Positions 36,101-45,500 of a stretch of 64,000 nt of DNA are shown piece by piece. The stretch is taken from assembly GCA_003344405.1 (NCBI GenBank), contig NOWV01000002.1:1116001-1180000 (forward strand), given 5' to 3'. Source of the DNA: Trichoplax sp. H2. Lineage: Eukaryota. The translations under genes were made by a program, and so were the position numbers. The notes below the pieces were generated by a model. The model ran no database searches. It saw only the letters and a list, made by a program, of their open reading frames with translations, and was not told the DNA's origin. How positions within the stretch are numbered: the first letter of the stretch is position 1; each line of letters opens with the position of its first letter.

Positions 36101-39039
36101 TAAATCTAAACTGCTATTCGATATATGATGTTCGAATTTCGTTAGCTAATCAATCTGTAGTACACCAAGTCAAGATATTCCAGTCAGCTGGATGGTCAAC
36201 TGCAGAAAATTACAATCTTGCCGATGTCCATTCTGCTTTTGAATTTCTTCGCCAATCGTGGTTGGACTATGCTTCTTATGCAGACTCGAAAAAGCCACTT
36301 TTAATTACTAGCAGGTTGATAAATTATTCATTTTCGATATACTTGTTACTCTTGGACCGTGTTGCTTTACCTACTAATTGTACTTGATCAATTGTACCAA
36401 CGGTATAAAAACAAGACGAGCAATGATAGATTCCTATCTCCTTCTCTTTACTTATTAAAGCGCTGGAATTAATTCAACTGCTTCCTATATTGCCGCTTCT
36501 GCCGTATATTCCAGAATAGTATCCAAGCGTAATGTTAACGTCCAGAAAATCATCTCCCAGCTCTATAGACATGAAGTTTATGCTGATGTTCCATCGGTAA
36601 GATTAAGCATTAGCTCATTTATTTTTGAACTTGATTTGATTTGTTTTAACAATTTACTGTCCGTCCGCTTGGCTATAGGATCACATAAATAAGTGTTGGC
36701 TTTGTGTTTAATTAAAATTTGTGTAGGAATATTATAACTTTGCCAAGAAAGTTATCAACATAGCACTAGAATATAACGTTGACGATATTAGTGAAGAATG
36801 CTTATCCAAAATTATTGACCAGCGAACGGAAACAGATGCAGTTACTGGCCGTAGCTTGGCTCATGAAGAACATTCGGTAGAGTAACTTTCATTCATGTGC
36901 TGCTAATGTAACATACGTGTATATATACGGTAGAAAATAAAAATATTCAGATAACTTTAGATTGTTGGTATTACGATTATTTGACTGCTGTATACAGTAA
37001 AGTACTAATTTTCATCATTCGTTGCTTTACCGATGCTAGAAATTAAACTCTACGTTGGTTGATTTAGCAATTGATGAAGGTATTAATATGACAAGTTTAA
37101 CTATTGTATCGATAGTGTATATCCTTACCCTAACAGGATTAAAAAATAATAGAGTTTCGTAATACGTAGGATGCTTTATGCGATTCATATCTTTCCTATT
37201 TTTGACACTTACTACAGCAAGTGCAACTGTTGCTAAAGACAATCATGAAACCGGTCTTCAAATTGTTAAAGTTAGTATCGACCTATCCAATGGATATTAA
37301 TTAATAAAGTTATTAATTTTAGAGCTAAACAGTCCAGTGTCATCGATTCGTAATATTTGTGAAGGATCATTTTTTGGATAGTATAATAATGAGCAGCTAA
37401 TATTATCTTGATGTAATTAACGCAATCTATATGGGCATGCTGGACAAATGGAGTAATTAGATCAAAATTTTTTATCCAATACTATGTCTATTTATATTGC
37501 TAGGGCTACTTAAAGGGTGACAGATTCCTTCCGTATCATATGCAACAAGATACAACGATTAAAGGAAAATTATGGGGCTGGATGACAAAAAATAAATGTA
37601 GAATTGTTGTATCACTATGTCCATCTAGTGAACTCTCTCAGGTATTTGATGATTTTTAAACAATGTTGCTGGTAATGTACAAATAAAAAAGTAACTTTTC
37701 GCCTATCTCAACTGTAAGTAAGATGACAGAAGCATACAGTAAAAGCCGTGCGAGTAGAATTCATATTGTCCATTTTTTTGATAAATTGATATTATCTGAA
37801 TGCCCATGCATCTACTCCATGTGATGTATATGATAGAAATGGATTAAGTTGAGACTAGAGAAGCAGAGTCGATCTGTAGGCAGAATTTTTATGTTGGTCA
37901 TTTTAGATGAATTTATATTACATGAATAGTATTAATCTACTCCATGTTATGTATATGATGGAAATGGATTAAGTTGAGACTAGAAAAACAGAATAGATCT
38001 ATAAAAAAGGGATAGAAATATACATTAATGGAATAAAATTGTAGTTATCTTATTCATTTCTAGTATTGTTTATTATTTATGTTGGAAAAAAGCGGAATCA
38101 TCTGCCATTTGAAATCGACGATACCAATGCAACTATCACTGAAGTATATCATAACGGATACTATGTTGTATGGCAGTTGATGACATCGGTTTCATCGGTC
38201 AGTTTAGCTCTATTATAGACCCTAAATTTAATGGAGAAAATGTTGCGTTTATTCTTGCCTAAAATTACCTTATTTAATCGATTGTTTTTTTCTTTCCATG
38301 CAAGTAGGATATGAACAGTGGCTATACATTGCTCCATTATCACTACCTTGGTTGGAAATGTGATAGCTATCCAGATAGCATTATCGAATTTTTTAATTTC
38401 ATGGTGGATATCAGAAAGAAAATTAGTTTATTGAATTCTGTTAGTAAAGAGAGTCCAATTGTAATTTGCAGTAGGTAATGAAATGCATTTGAGATGACAG
38501 GCTTTAGAGTTGGCTTATACATTAATTTATGGACTTTGATATTATTAAAATGCAATGATAAACGCGTGCAAAATATCATTATGAATTCTTTTATATTACC
38601 TACGTTTAGTAATGGAGCTGATGCAAGTGGCATTTATATTGCATTAAATGATAGCATACAGCAATTGGATGCGACCGGATATCTTAATCTCTTCAGAACA
38701 GTTAAAAGGATGCAATGTTATCGGAAGAATATTTTAACTTCAGCGGTGAATTGAAATATTAATTTACTGTCTAATTTTTAAATTCTCTCATCAAGGATTT
38801 TAATAAGACTAGATTGAGTACTGAACTTGGTTCATTTCATTACTTTTAGACGCATTTAATTGATATTATTGTAGTTCATTTTATGGAATGAATTCATTTA
38901 TTGATAAACAAGTTAATCGATTTATTTCTTTTCCCTGCTTTGCAATGGATTATTATAGAATGATTACATTTATTGCTACTTGGCTCTTCGATTGTACTAC
39001 GAAATGCGACAGCAAGGTAAAATAATGCTTTATGTATAG
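9152..39039 (+). CDS. Giant adhesion GPCR with FCGBP-N/Ig/FN3 ectodomain and C-terminal tandem pseudo-PTP domains (68 coding exons, ~4,328 aa by manual splicing)
   Basis: ATG at 9152 starts a signal-peptide-like exon (MHLLWNLPVLFLLTVTPLHLDA, 9152-9242). Every later exon joins through GT-AG with compatible phase, and the summed CDS of 12,987 nt is divisible by 3. Domains are listed in the next features. The span to the 7TM is firm. Continuity through the cytoplasmic micro-exons to the PTP domains is well supported but not proven. Confidence 0.8.
9366..10637 (+). CDS. Exon 2: IgGFc-binding protein (FCGBP) N-terminal domain
   Basis: Motifs GRDFYLGYLE, SADNYLALPVESYGNEYIV, DLTGTIITSSSGIALFSGNECA, CDHLVEQIPP..LG..Y, DPFMVIVP and YG...YGSYGIPAG are typical of the IgGFc_binding domain. 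Confidence 0.88.
10643..11400. repeat. Three diverged ~240-270-bp tandem copies filling intron 2
   Basis: TTTC(C/T)GATTG(A/G)GATC... starts at ~10643, 10884 and 11152, each followed by a TCAT(C/T)GC.TATA..ACATA motif. Confidence 0.75.
11560..15961 (+). CDS. Ten I-set Ig domains, one per phase-1 exon (11560-11841, 11955-12221, 12501-12905, 13222-13500, 13610-13885, 13957-14235, 14335-14613, 14707-14985, 15076-15354, 15662-15961)
   Basis: Each exon shows an L.C...G.P.P.I.W.K(D/N)...D.G.Y.C-type pattern. Exon 13610-13885 (TLSCDGTGYPFPSITWFRNG) is missing from the ORF track. Confidence 0.93.
16173..19356 (+). CDS. FN3 block 1: five fibronectin type III domains (16173-16493, 16641-16952, 17405-17701, 17984-18054+18624-18870, 19042-19356)
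   Basis: W..P...G..PITNY, WEPPP..NRNGVI..Y and L.PYT.Y.I...A.T.VG.GP motifs. Confidence 0.93.
19509..22550 (+). CDS. Five further Ig domains (19509-19790, 20334-20615, 20997-21269, 21650-21910, 22254-22550)
   Basis: Same I-set signature. Exons 20997-21269 (LSCTGKGKPLPEISWLKNG) and 22254-22550 (LHCIGSSIPKPTISWLRNG) were found by manual translation. Confidence 0.92.
22910..26601 (+). CDS. FN3 block 2 (22910-23227, 24304-24606, 24738-25037, 25121-25191+25534-25780, 25894-26205) plus one Ig domain (26326-26601)
   Basis: Paralogous exon-for-exon to FN3 block 1. The first acceptor could instead be at 22904 (same frame). Confidence 0.92.
23340..23720. repeat. ~89-bp intronic tandem repeat, ~4.5 copies
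   Basis: (G/A)AAATTGAG...ATATT recurs at ~23345, 23434, 23523, 23612 and 23701. Confidence 0.85.
26691..30549 (+). CDS. Hormone-receptor (HRM) domain and GAIN domain ending in the GPS motif
   Basis: HRM: FCPAEVANNLRWPKTSDGQVATINCP..QGLVTRLC...WQSIDTTGCIS (26691-26798, 26899-27005). GAIN exons 27116-29425 include LYGGDL, SNSLL..NRDEW and VINSKVFS. GPS: CSFWDF..TGGWSDSGC...CYCDHL/TTFATLL (29684-29748, 30429-30549). Confidence 0.93.
31097..33180 (+). CDS. Adhesion-family (class B2) 7TM domain, 8 exons (31097-31203, 31397-31499, 31621-31771, 31946-32027, 32172-32238, 32405-32499, 32655-32781, 33139-33180)
   Basis: LEIITFVGCGLS (TM1), ISMNLFVCLL (TM2), CAVIAAALHY.LLASFFWMLHEG (TM3), IPALIVGI (TM4), CWL (ECL2), AFIVP..ILVVVN (TM5), LLPLLGVGW (TM6), YLFAIVNSLQGFVILIFQCL (TM7). 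Confidence 0.95.
33258..35045 (+). CDS. Cytoplasmic low-complexity linker, 9 small exons (33258-33355, 33454-33574, 33862-33927, 34183-34245, 34311-34373, 34504-34558, 34654-34718, 34824-34869, 34987-35045)
   Basis: Phase-compatible GT-AG chain with no stop codons, basic/Ser-rich first and then acidic. Two donors are weaker (33575 GTAATA, 34559 GTAATC). Confidence 0.65.
34150..34410 (+). repeat. 128-bp tandem duplication containing a complete 63-nt exon and both splice sites
   Basis: Exons 34183-34245 and 34311-34373 encode EMPSTMISNQNESTSIVDHDQ and EMPSTEISNRNESTSIVDHDQ; the flanking intron sequence is duplicated too. Confidence 0.93.
35118..35445. repeat. ~170-bp diverged intronic duplication
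   Basis: TGCATGTATGAATTA.AGTA...TATTACATAT...TTTGTA.TGTAGAAAATT occurs twice. Confidence 0.7.
35775..36876 (+). CDS. Pseudo-phosphatase domain D1 (exons 35775-35814, 35939-36314, 36461-36596, 36727-36876)
   Basis: LLGEAPPLITFQAYWATIFARKSHTVIYLC matches ATQGPL..T..DFW.MIWEQ....IVML. HQVKIFQSAGWST matches R.V.HFQ...WPD. KPLLITSSAGINSTASYIA matches GPIVVHCSAGVGRTGTFIA. EYYNF matches EQY.F. Confidence 0.8.
37040..39039 (+). CDS. Pseudo-phosphatase domain D2 (exons 37040-37079, 37218-37270, 37504-37641, 38093-38197, 38308-38474, 38610-38745, 38959-39039)
   Basis: IVK|GYLKGDRFL..., KLWGWMTKNKCRIVVSLC, LLHYHYLGWKCDSYP (cf. HFHY..WPD.GVP), SPIVICSSNGADASGIYIAL, LNLFRTVKRMQCYRKNILTS and NDYIYCYLAL (cf. 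EQY.FCY.AL). The acceptor at 38093 (AAAAAG) is the least certain. Confidence 0.82.
37810..37995. repeat. ~58-bp direct repeat with ~125-bp spacing in an intron
   Basis: ATCTACTCCATGT.ATGTATATGAT.GAAATGGATTAAGTTGAGACTAGA at ~37810 and ~37936. Confidence 0.85.
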
Positions 39040-39842
39040 TAGAATGGAATTGATGGTAGAATCCCAAGGGAGGAAAAAAAGCATCCTGGCATAAGAAAGA
39101 GAGATTACTCATTGTCGTTCGATACGTGGCATCATAATAATTGAAAGTATTTACAGCCTTTCCTAATCCGCCATTTTGACGTACAGACTCTTAACATCGT
39201 ACTGTAAATGAAATCGGATGAGCATCTAGTATTCATTCGCGATTCTTTTTAAAAGCCTGCATAGATTAGAGTAATTCGGGAAATTTTCAATTATTGAATA
39301 TTAAAATTGGGAAATATTCAACCTATAATTGATGATTTTTTTAACTATAAATTGTATATTACTTCCATCACACTGGACATGTGTGATTATTCGGTTTATG
39401 GAAAGAATACCCTTTATAAATGATGTAATGAGGACTTTGACATTCGTGTATTGGTTGATTGATATAGAAGTTGTATATTATATAGGAATCATTTTAAAAA
39501 TGGTTATCACGGCTATGTAAAACGAGAATAAAGTGGATCAATTGAAGACTGATTCAGAGGCTGTAGGAAACGAGTTTGCCAGTTTGTTTTAGATGTATGT
39601 GTAAGGCATTTGCTGGCCTTGACCCTGATATCGTATCCACTAGCTAAGAAATAGATAGGTTACGGGTTACTGTAATGAAACTGAACAGCAACTGCCATGT
39701 TTTGTGGTCTGTTGGTATAGATGCTATAGTGTAGGGCGTAAAATGAACTAAAATTATGGTTATCCTAATAAGTTGGACAACTTTGGACGATTGATTTTTA
39801 ACGTTGACAATGTGTATCTCATATTTTATTGTTCGATAACGT

Positions 39843-40560
39843 TTTGAGTACATTACTACTATAATGAATGGATTTGTAATCCCTTGGCATAGCGACTATT
39901 CTACGTTGCATAGAGCTTTACTTTGCATCTCTATTCCACTTTGAGCATATTACTATTGTCATGAAATGATTTGCAATCTCTTAACATAGGGACTATTCTA
40001 CACTATATACTGTAGAGCTTTGCCTTGCCTCTCTATTCCACTTTGAACAAATTACTATCGTTATGAATGGATTTGCAACCGCTTAGTATAGCGATTATTC
40101 TACGCACATAGAGCTTTCCTTTGCGTCTCTATTCCACTTTGAACGTATTACCATTGTCATGAAATGATTTGCAATCTCTTAACATAGCGACTATTCTACA
40201 CTATATACTGTACAGCTTTACTTTGCATGTCTATTGCACTTTGAACAAATTACTATCGTTATGAATAGATTTGCAACCGCTTAGTATAGCGATTATTCTA
40301 CGCACATAGAGCTTTCCTTGAAGTCTCTATTCCACTTTGAACATATTACTATCGTCTTGAATGGATTTGCAACCTCTTAGCATAGCGACTATTGTATGTC
40401 ACATAGGGTTTTACTTTGTATCTCTATTCCACTTTGAGCATATTACTCCCGTCATTGAATGGGTTTTGTAACCCATTAACATAGCAACTATTCTACGTCC
40501 AACCTAGTACTTTACTTGGTATCTCCATTTGACCTTGAACACATTACCACCGTCATGAGC
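39843..40560. repeat. ~97-102-bp tandem repeat, ~7 copies, with A/B dimeric higher-order structure
   Basis: CTCTATTCCACTTTGA..ATTAC.AT.GT.ATGAA..GATTTGCAA..CTTA..ATAGCGA.TATTCTAC recurs about every 100 bp. Confidence 0.92.
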
Positions 40561-41039
40561 GTCTCGGCACTCGTCTACTGTACTTTATAAAGATATCTGC
40601 TAGGTAGCTGGAGCACTTATTTCATTCTCAGTAGACGTACGCGGTGGCAATATAGCAACTGCAATATTGTCTCATCGAACCAACAGATGGCGATGGATGA
40701 TGAGATCTGCTATTTTATTAATTAATCGTCCTAGTCGATCCCTCGCTGGTGCTACTTTGCATGCTTGCACTTTTAAGTTTTAACTTTACTTTATTCCTAT
40801 GAGCGCAACAGTTGACATCAAGCCATTCAACCTATGCAATTTCGAGTCCATGGTATTAAATGCCATTAGGAAGAAATAAAATATCGCATGTGTATTTTAA
40901 TGAGTGAATCTTTTTATTCAATTATTTATCTATCGATTGGTATCGAATTAAGGCAGGTATAATGGGTTGAAAAGGCAATCATTTTGAAAATTGATTTGCT
41001 TTTTCCAATTTTCGGCAGTACTCCATGCTACTGCGTGTA

Positions 41040-42585
41040 CGTCATGCCTGTCTGTCCGCACATGCCGGATGTCAGGACGAGTGGACTGTCTGCCTCCATA
41101 GCCTATCCTCAATCATGTAGTGTACAGTATCTTACCGATCTACTGTACAGTACAGTATACAGTAGGCAAGATTTTGGGCGTTTTGACTAGTTTTAACCGC
41201 GAAGAAGAAGCAAGTTGTAAAACAGTGGCTGGCCACATAGGGCTCGGCTACAACATCGAATGCAGTTGGTTGTGGCTCATGCAGATTGAGCGACTGTCCT
41301 TTAGTCAGCCATTTGCCAACTACAACCCCAGGCTGGCTTAAGTCTGCCTTTTCCATAGTATATATACTGTATATATATTTTACTTTACTGTCCATCCATA
41401 GTGGATGGAGGCCTGGCTGCTGGGTAAGACCGAACAGCGACGTTGCGCAACAAGGCCCTAGGGATTCACACTGCGCATAGCGCACAATGCCCTTCAGCCC
41501 AATGAGCCAATGATCGAGAAGAACGACAACAATGCCAGGTATGCAGACTGGTGTTGTTCATCTACAGTACAATGTAGTGAATGAAAGACTGGTCCAGTAC
41601 AGTACGTACTGTACGTACTGGAAAGTGGAGGGGGGGAGCAAACGGTCGTTGGGTCGAGTAAGTTGGCGCAGGCAAACGTGTGCACTGGTCATTTTAACTG
41701 CAACGGTCGATGATGGTCCAACCCAGTCACAGTCTACTAGACCGTGTCCGTCATTGGCGTCTCGTCGAATGACCAGAATGAGCGTTAGCCTGCCTATGAT
41801 TTGCATTCCACGGCTACTTTTCCTCTTTTCTTCCTTCCAGNNNNNNNNNNNNNNNNNNNNCGACGTTGCGCAACAAGGCCCTAGGGATTCACACTGCGCA
41901 TAGCGCACAATGCCCTTCAGCCCAATGAGCCAATGATCGAGAAGAACGACAACAATGCCAGGTATGCAGACTGGTGTTGTTCATCTACAGTACAATGTAG
42001 TGAATGAAAGACTGGTCCAGTACAGTACGTACTGTAGTGGACTGGACTGGAAAGTGGAAGGGGGGGGGGCGAGCAAACGGTCGATGATGGTCCAACTCAG
42101 TCACAGTCTACTAGACCGTGTCCGTCATTGGCGTCTCGTCGAATGACCAGAATGAGCGTTAGCCTGCCTATGATTTGCAGTCCACGGCTACTTTTCCTCT
42201 TTTCTTCCTTCCAGTAGCCCCCGGCCTGATGACTCGTGTTAACATCAGCCGCGGTGGGTGACACACAGTAGCATTCAGACAAGAGTCGTCCACACTCTTT
42301 TGTTGTGGTATTGATACGTCATCAGGGCTAGTTGACGTAGTATTGGTGTCAGCGTTCACAAGTGTGTTGTGGTATTGATACGTCGTCCAAATGGGGGCTA
42401 GTGGACGTAGTGTTGGTGTTAGCGTAAGGGGGGGGGGNNNNNNNNNNNNNNNNNNNNGAAAAAGCCGGCTGCCACCACCATCCGCTATGGGTATAGTGCA
42501 ATCATAGGCGATAGCTTTATCCAAACACCATTACACTATTTCATCGGCGATTGCTGGGCCTACGAATGTTGAATTCCTCTTCCAA
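41040..42585 (+). promoter_or_regulatory. GC-richer putative promoter/5' UTR of Rab27, with a probable 5'-UTR intron
   Basis: GC content is locally raised. There is a donor-like TGG|GTAAGA at ~41424 and a strong acceptor CTTTTCCTCTTTTCTTCCTTCCAG ending at 42214 (41840 in copy 1). Confidence 0.45.
41438..42214. other. Duplicated ~400-bp segment either side of a 20-N gap (probable unmerged haplotype overlap)
   Basis: 41438-41840 is repeated at 41861-42214 with small indels. Copy 1 ends exactly at the gap and copy 2 starts exactly after it. Confidence 0.85.
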
Positions 42586-45500
42586 ATGTCGGAGAATAGT
42601 AACGGTTACGATTATCTTATTAAATTATTAGCTCTTGGTGATAGCGGCGTTGGTAAAACGGTAAGCATTGATTATCTACCCGTGCTGTGTGTGTGTGAGT
42701 GGATGACATGTGTGTGTGTGTGTGTATGTATGTGAAGGGGGGGGGGGGAAGGCAACACCATGGACAGCCTTGTCGACCGGAGAAGAAAGTATGGCGATAT
42801 TCCTCCATTGCCTACTGGCATTGGACGTTCAAGACAGCATGGCTGGCCACGGGATTGTATCGATCAACATCACGGATTAAATCCATAGAAAATAAATATC
42901 ATGAATATCTTATCCCTTGCAATGTTGATTTATGTCAGCAGTCATCATAGTCTGTAATTGACTTCCAATCCGATCATGATTGTCTTTCCAGAATGCAATG
43001 ACTACCTAGACAAGGAACAGTCATTGACTTAGACACGCTACCGCAATTCATCATTTTCAAGGCCATCATGACAGTCCTTGCTATCAGGGTTTTCCTTTTT
43101 TTTCCTTTTTGCGAGAGGGGGCGAGGAAGAAAACTACATCGCTTTCAAACTAGGCATACAGGCATTGAAGTGAGAGTATGTAAGACCCATGTTGAAGGGA
43201 TTGTTCATCAACTCTTTTAAAAAACAATTGGCCTTGAAATCGACTGTCTAGCGTTGACAAAGAGGAAACTTATCCTTTGCATTGAATGGATTTGCTATGG
43301 GAAAAGGACGACTACCATCGGTATGTTGTCGATGGAGGGATTTATCCACTAGTCTAAGCTAATTTTTTCATTATTCCATCCACTTGAACGCTGCCATCAT
43401 CAATAGTCTTGATGATCGATTGATGGCCAACCCTGATGGAGAGACATGGCAAAAGAGAAGAGAAAAGGCGTCGACTACGCTGGATAAAATGCACTTTGGT
43501 AGTACAATTCAATGACAATAATAAGTTATTCTTCTTGTCAGATTGTAATATTGTAACTGTCTTGCAGTCTCTTGTCCAAATGGCTTCATGATGGCCGAGT
43601 AGAGTAAGATCAAGAAGAACGTTGTCTTCTTGATCCAGTGTGCCATCACAATGAATCATGGCGGCCTTCCATGGCGTAAGCGTGGTTGTTTTCACCAAGA
43701 CGCCAGTGGAAAATGCTCTTTTTCAACCACAAGGAAACATTGTCAACCCATGGATGCATCATCGATACGCAGTATGGGATTCACGATTGCATTGCTACAA
43801 GGCTAATGGCGTAGTGGATACATGTCTTTTCCCTTAACTAAAGCCAATAGAATAAATGGCATAAACAAGTAGTTTTACCCGACAGTAACAAGACACATTT
43901 ATCCCTTTCTTTCCTTGCCATCAGACGAAAGCGATTGAAATGATCAAGTTGGCCACCATAGCTTTCTCCGTGCCAACGTTGGACATCCACCAAGGTGGCA
44001 TTTGGACCGAACTACAGTACATTAAATCACTTCAATAATGACAGCAAACCAATTAATGACACTAATCATGATAGGCATATTCTCTTTTATTCAACAAGAT
44101 AAAAGAATCCACCAACCACTATTCAATAGACGATCAATCTTGATCGACAACTCGCCAAATAGACTTGACTTTGCAATACGATCGGATACAAGTTATTGCA
44201 AAGAGTTGTCCATCACGCCATCTTACTTAGTAGACTGGACATCAATCATGCAAGTTGTATTCGCTTTAAAACTACAGTAGAATACTGCTAGAAAGGACGA
44301 AATAGATTGTCGACCATTGGCGTGGAAGGAACGATCCATCGACTAGTTGAAATTACAGACGTCTATTTCCCACTCATTGCGTAGACGTGTCTAAAATCCA
44401 TCAATCGAATTATCCAAGCTTTGCTACAGTTAGAATATCCACTGGTTGCCATCGATTGTCTTGATCGACGTAATTGCACTTGTTAATCAGAATACAGTCT
44501 ATAGCGTCCACCATAGACAGCTGTGGATATCTTTTCTTTTCATATCGACCAGAATCCAACACTCATCATGATGATGAAAGGCGCAATAGAATTATGGATA
44601 AAGTGCTTTCTTGACTTGAGAGTACAAACGAAATGAATTGATTGTCAACGCTTAATCTGATTGTAGATCGATTCTTTCTTCCATACCCAACATCCATTGC
44701 CAATCAATCAATCGAGTAATAAAAAATGAATAATACAAGGACTTGATATTTACTACCGATCCATTTCTTCCTTGCAAATCCTCCATACTTGATACAAATG
44801 CGGGATAATTATTCTTCGACGTGTATCTTAATCTATCCTTGCAGTGCCTTTTGCACATGCAAAATGCCCTAGTATAACTTTGCATGATTCCTATGCTTTT
44901 TCCAACGACATTCCCCTCCAATATCATTCAATGCCTACATTCTCCTTTAACTTTGACAGTATAATTGTTCTTATTTATTGTCAGTCTTGACAGTAAGGAA
45001 CATGTCTACATGACGTTCAGAATATTGGATTACATGTAATTATTCTATCATTTCTTTGATTGTTTCAATTTTTTTTCAATATTCATATTGCTTTTATTTC
45101 TATGCAAGCTTGCATTAAGGCGGATAGCCAAGAGCTGTCGGCACAGGTGTAAAAATCAATATTTTAAAGTCCTACTCAAAATAATTGGCGTCTAGACGAT
45201 GAAAGGCTCCATCTACATGATCCATACGATAGGCCCTACAAGCGTTCACAACTCAATTAACATCATCGCTATCCACTATCCTTATTTTTGTTGCTACAAT
45301 TCAATGATTTAAGTGATTTACTCTTCAGTCAATCTGTCAACAGGATGATCGATTATAGAATCGGTTGGTATCGATCTTTATGCTAATTACCTTCTGTTCT
45401 AAATTGCCTTCTTTAAAATGGCTACTATTGTTTCCTGCCTGCTACAATATTCCAACAACGATCGGGCAGTGTAGGTTATCCCTAAGTTTAATGATCCATT

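Noticed and set aside
37323..37350. Candidate micro-exon in D2
   Set aside because: It introduces a stop or phase conflict; the direct join 37270>37504 gives the expected IVK|GY PTP pattern.
35775..39039. Reading the PTP exons as a separate gene or pseudogene
   Set aside because: No distinct start or promoter-like region, frames and splice sites are intact, and the exon chain from the 7TM is phase-continuous. It is disfavoured but only cDNA can exclude it.
39843..40560. CRISPR-like appearance of regularly spaced repeats (also 23340-23720 and 61495-62346)
   Set aside because: Whole units repeat with no unique spacers, there are no cas genes, and the context is eukaryotic.
40984..42524. Cluster of overlapping ORFs on both strands
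   Set aside because: A by-product of higher GC, the gap-flanking duplication and N runs; no domain similarity.
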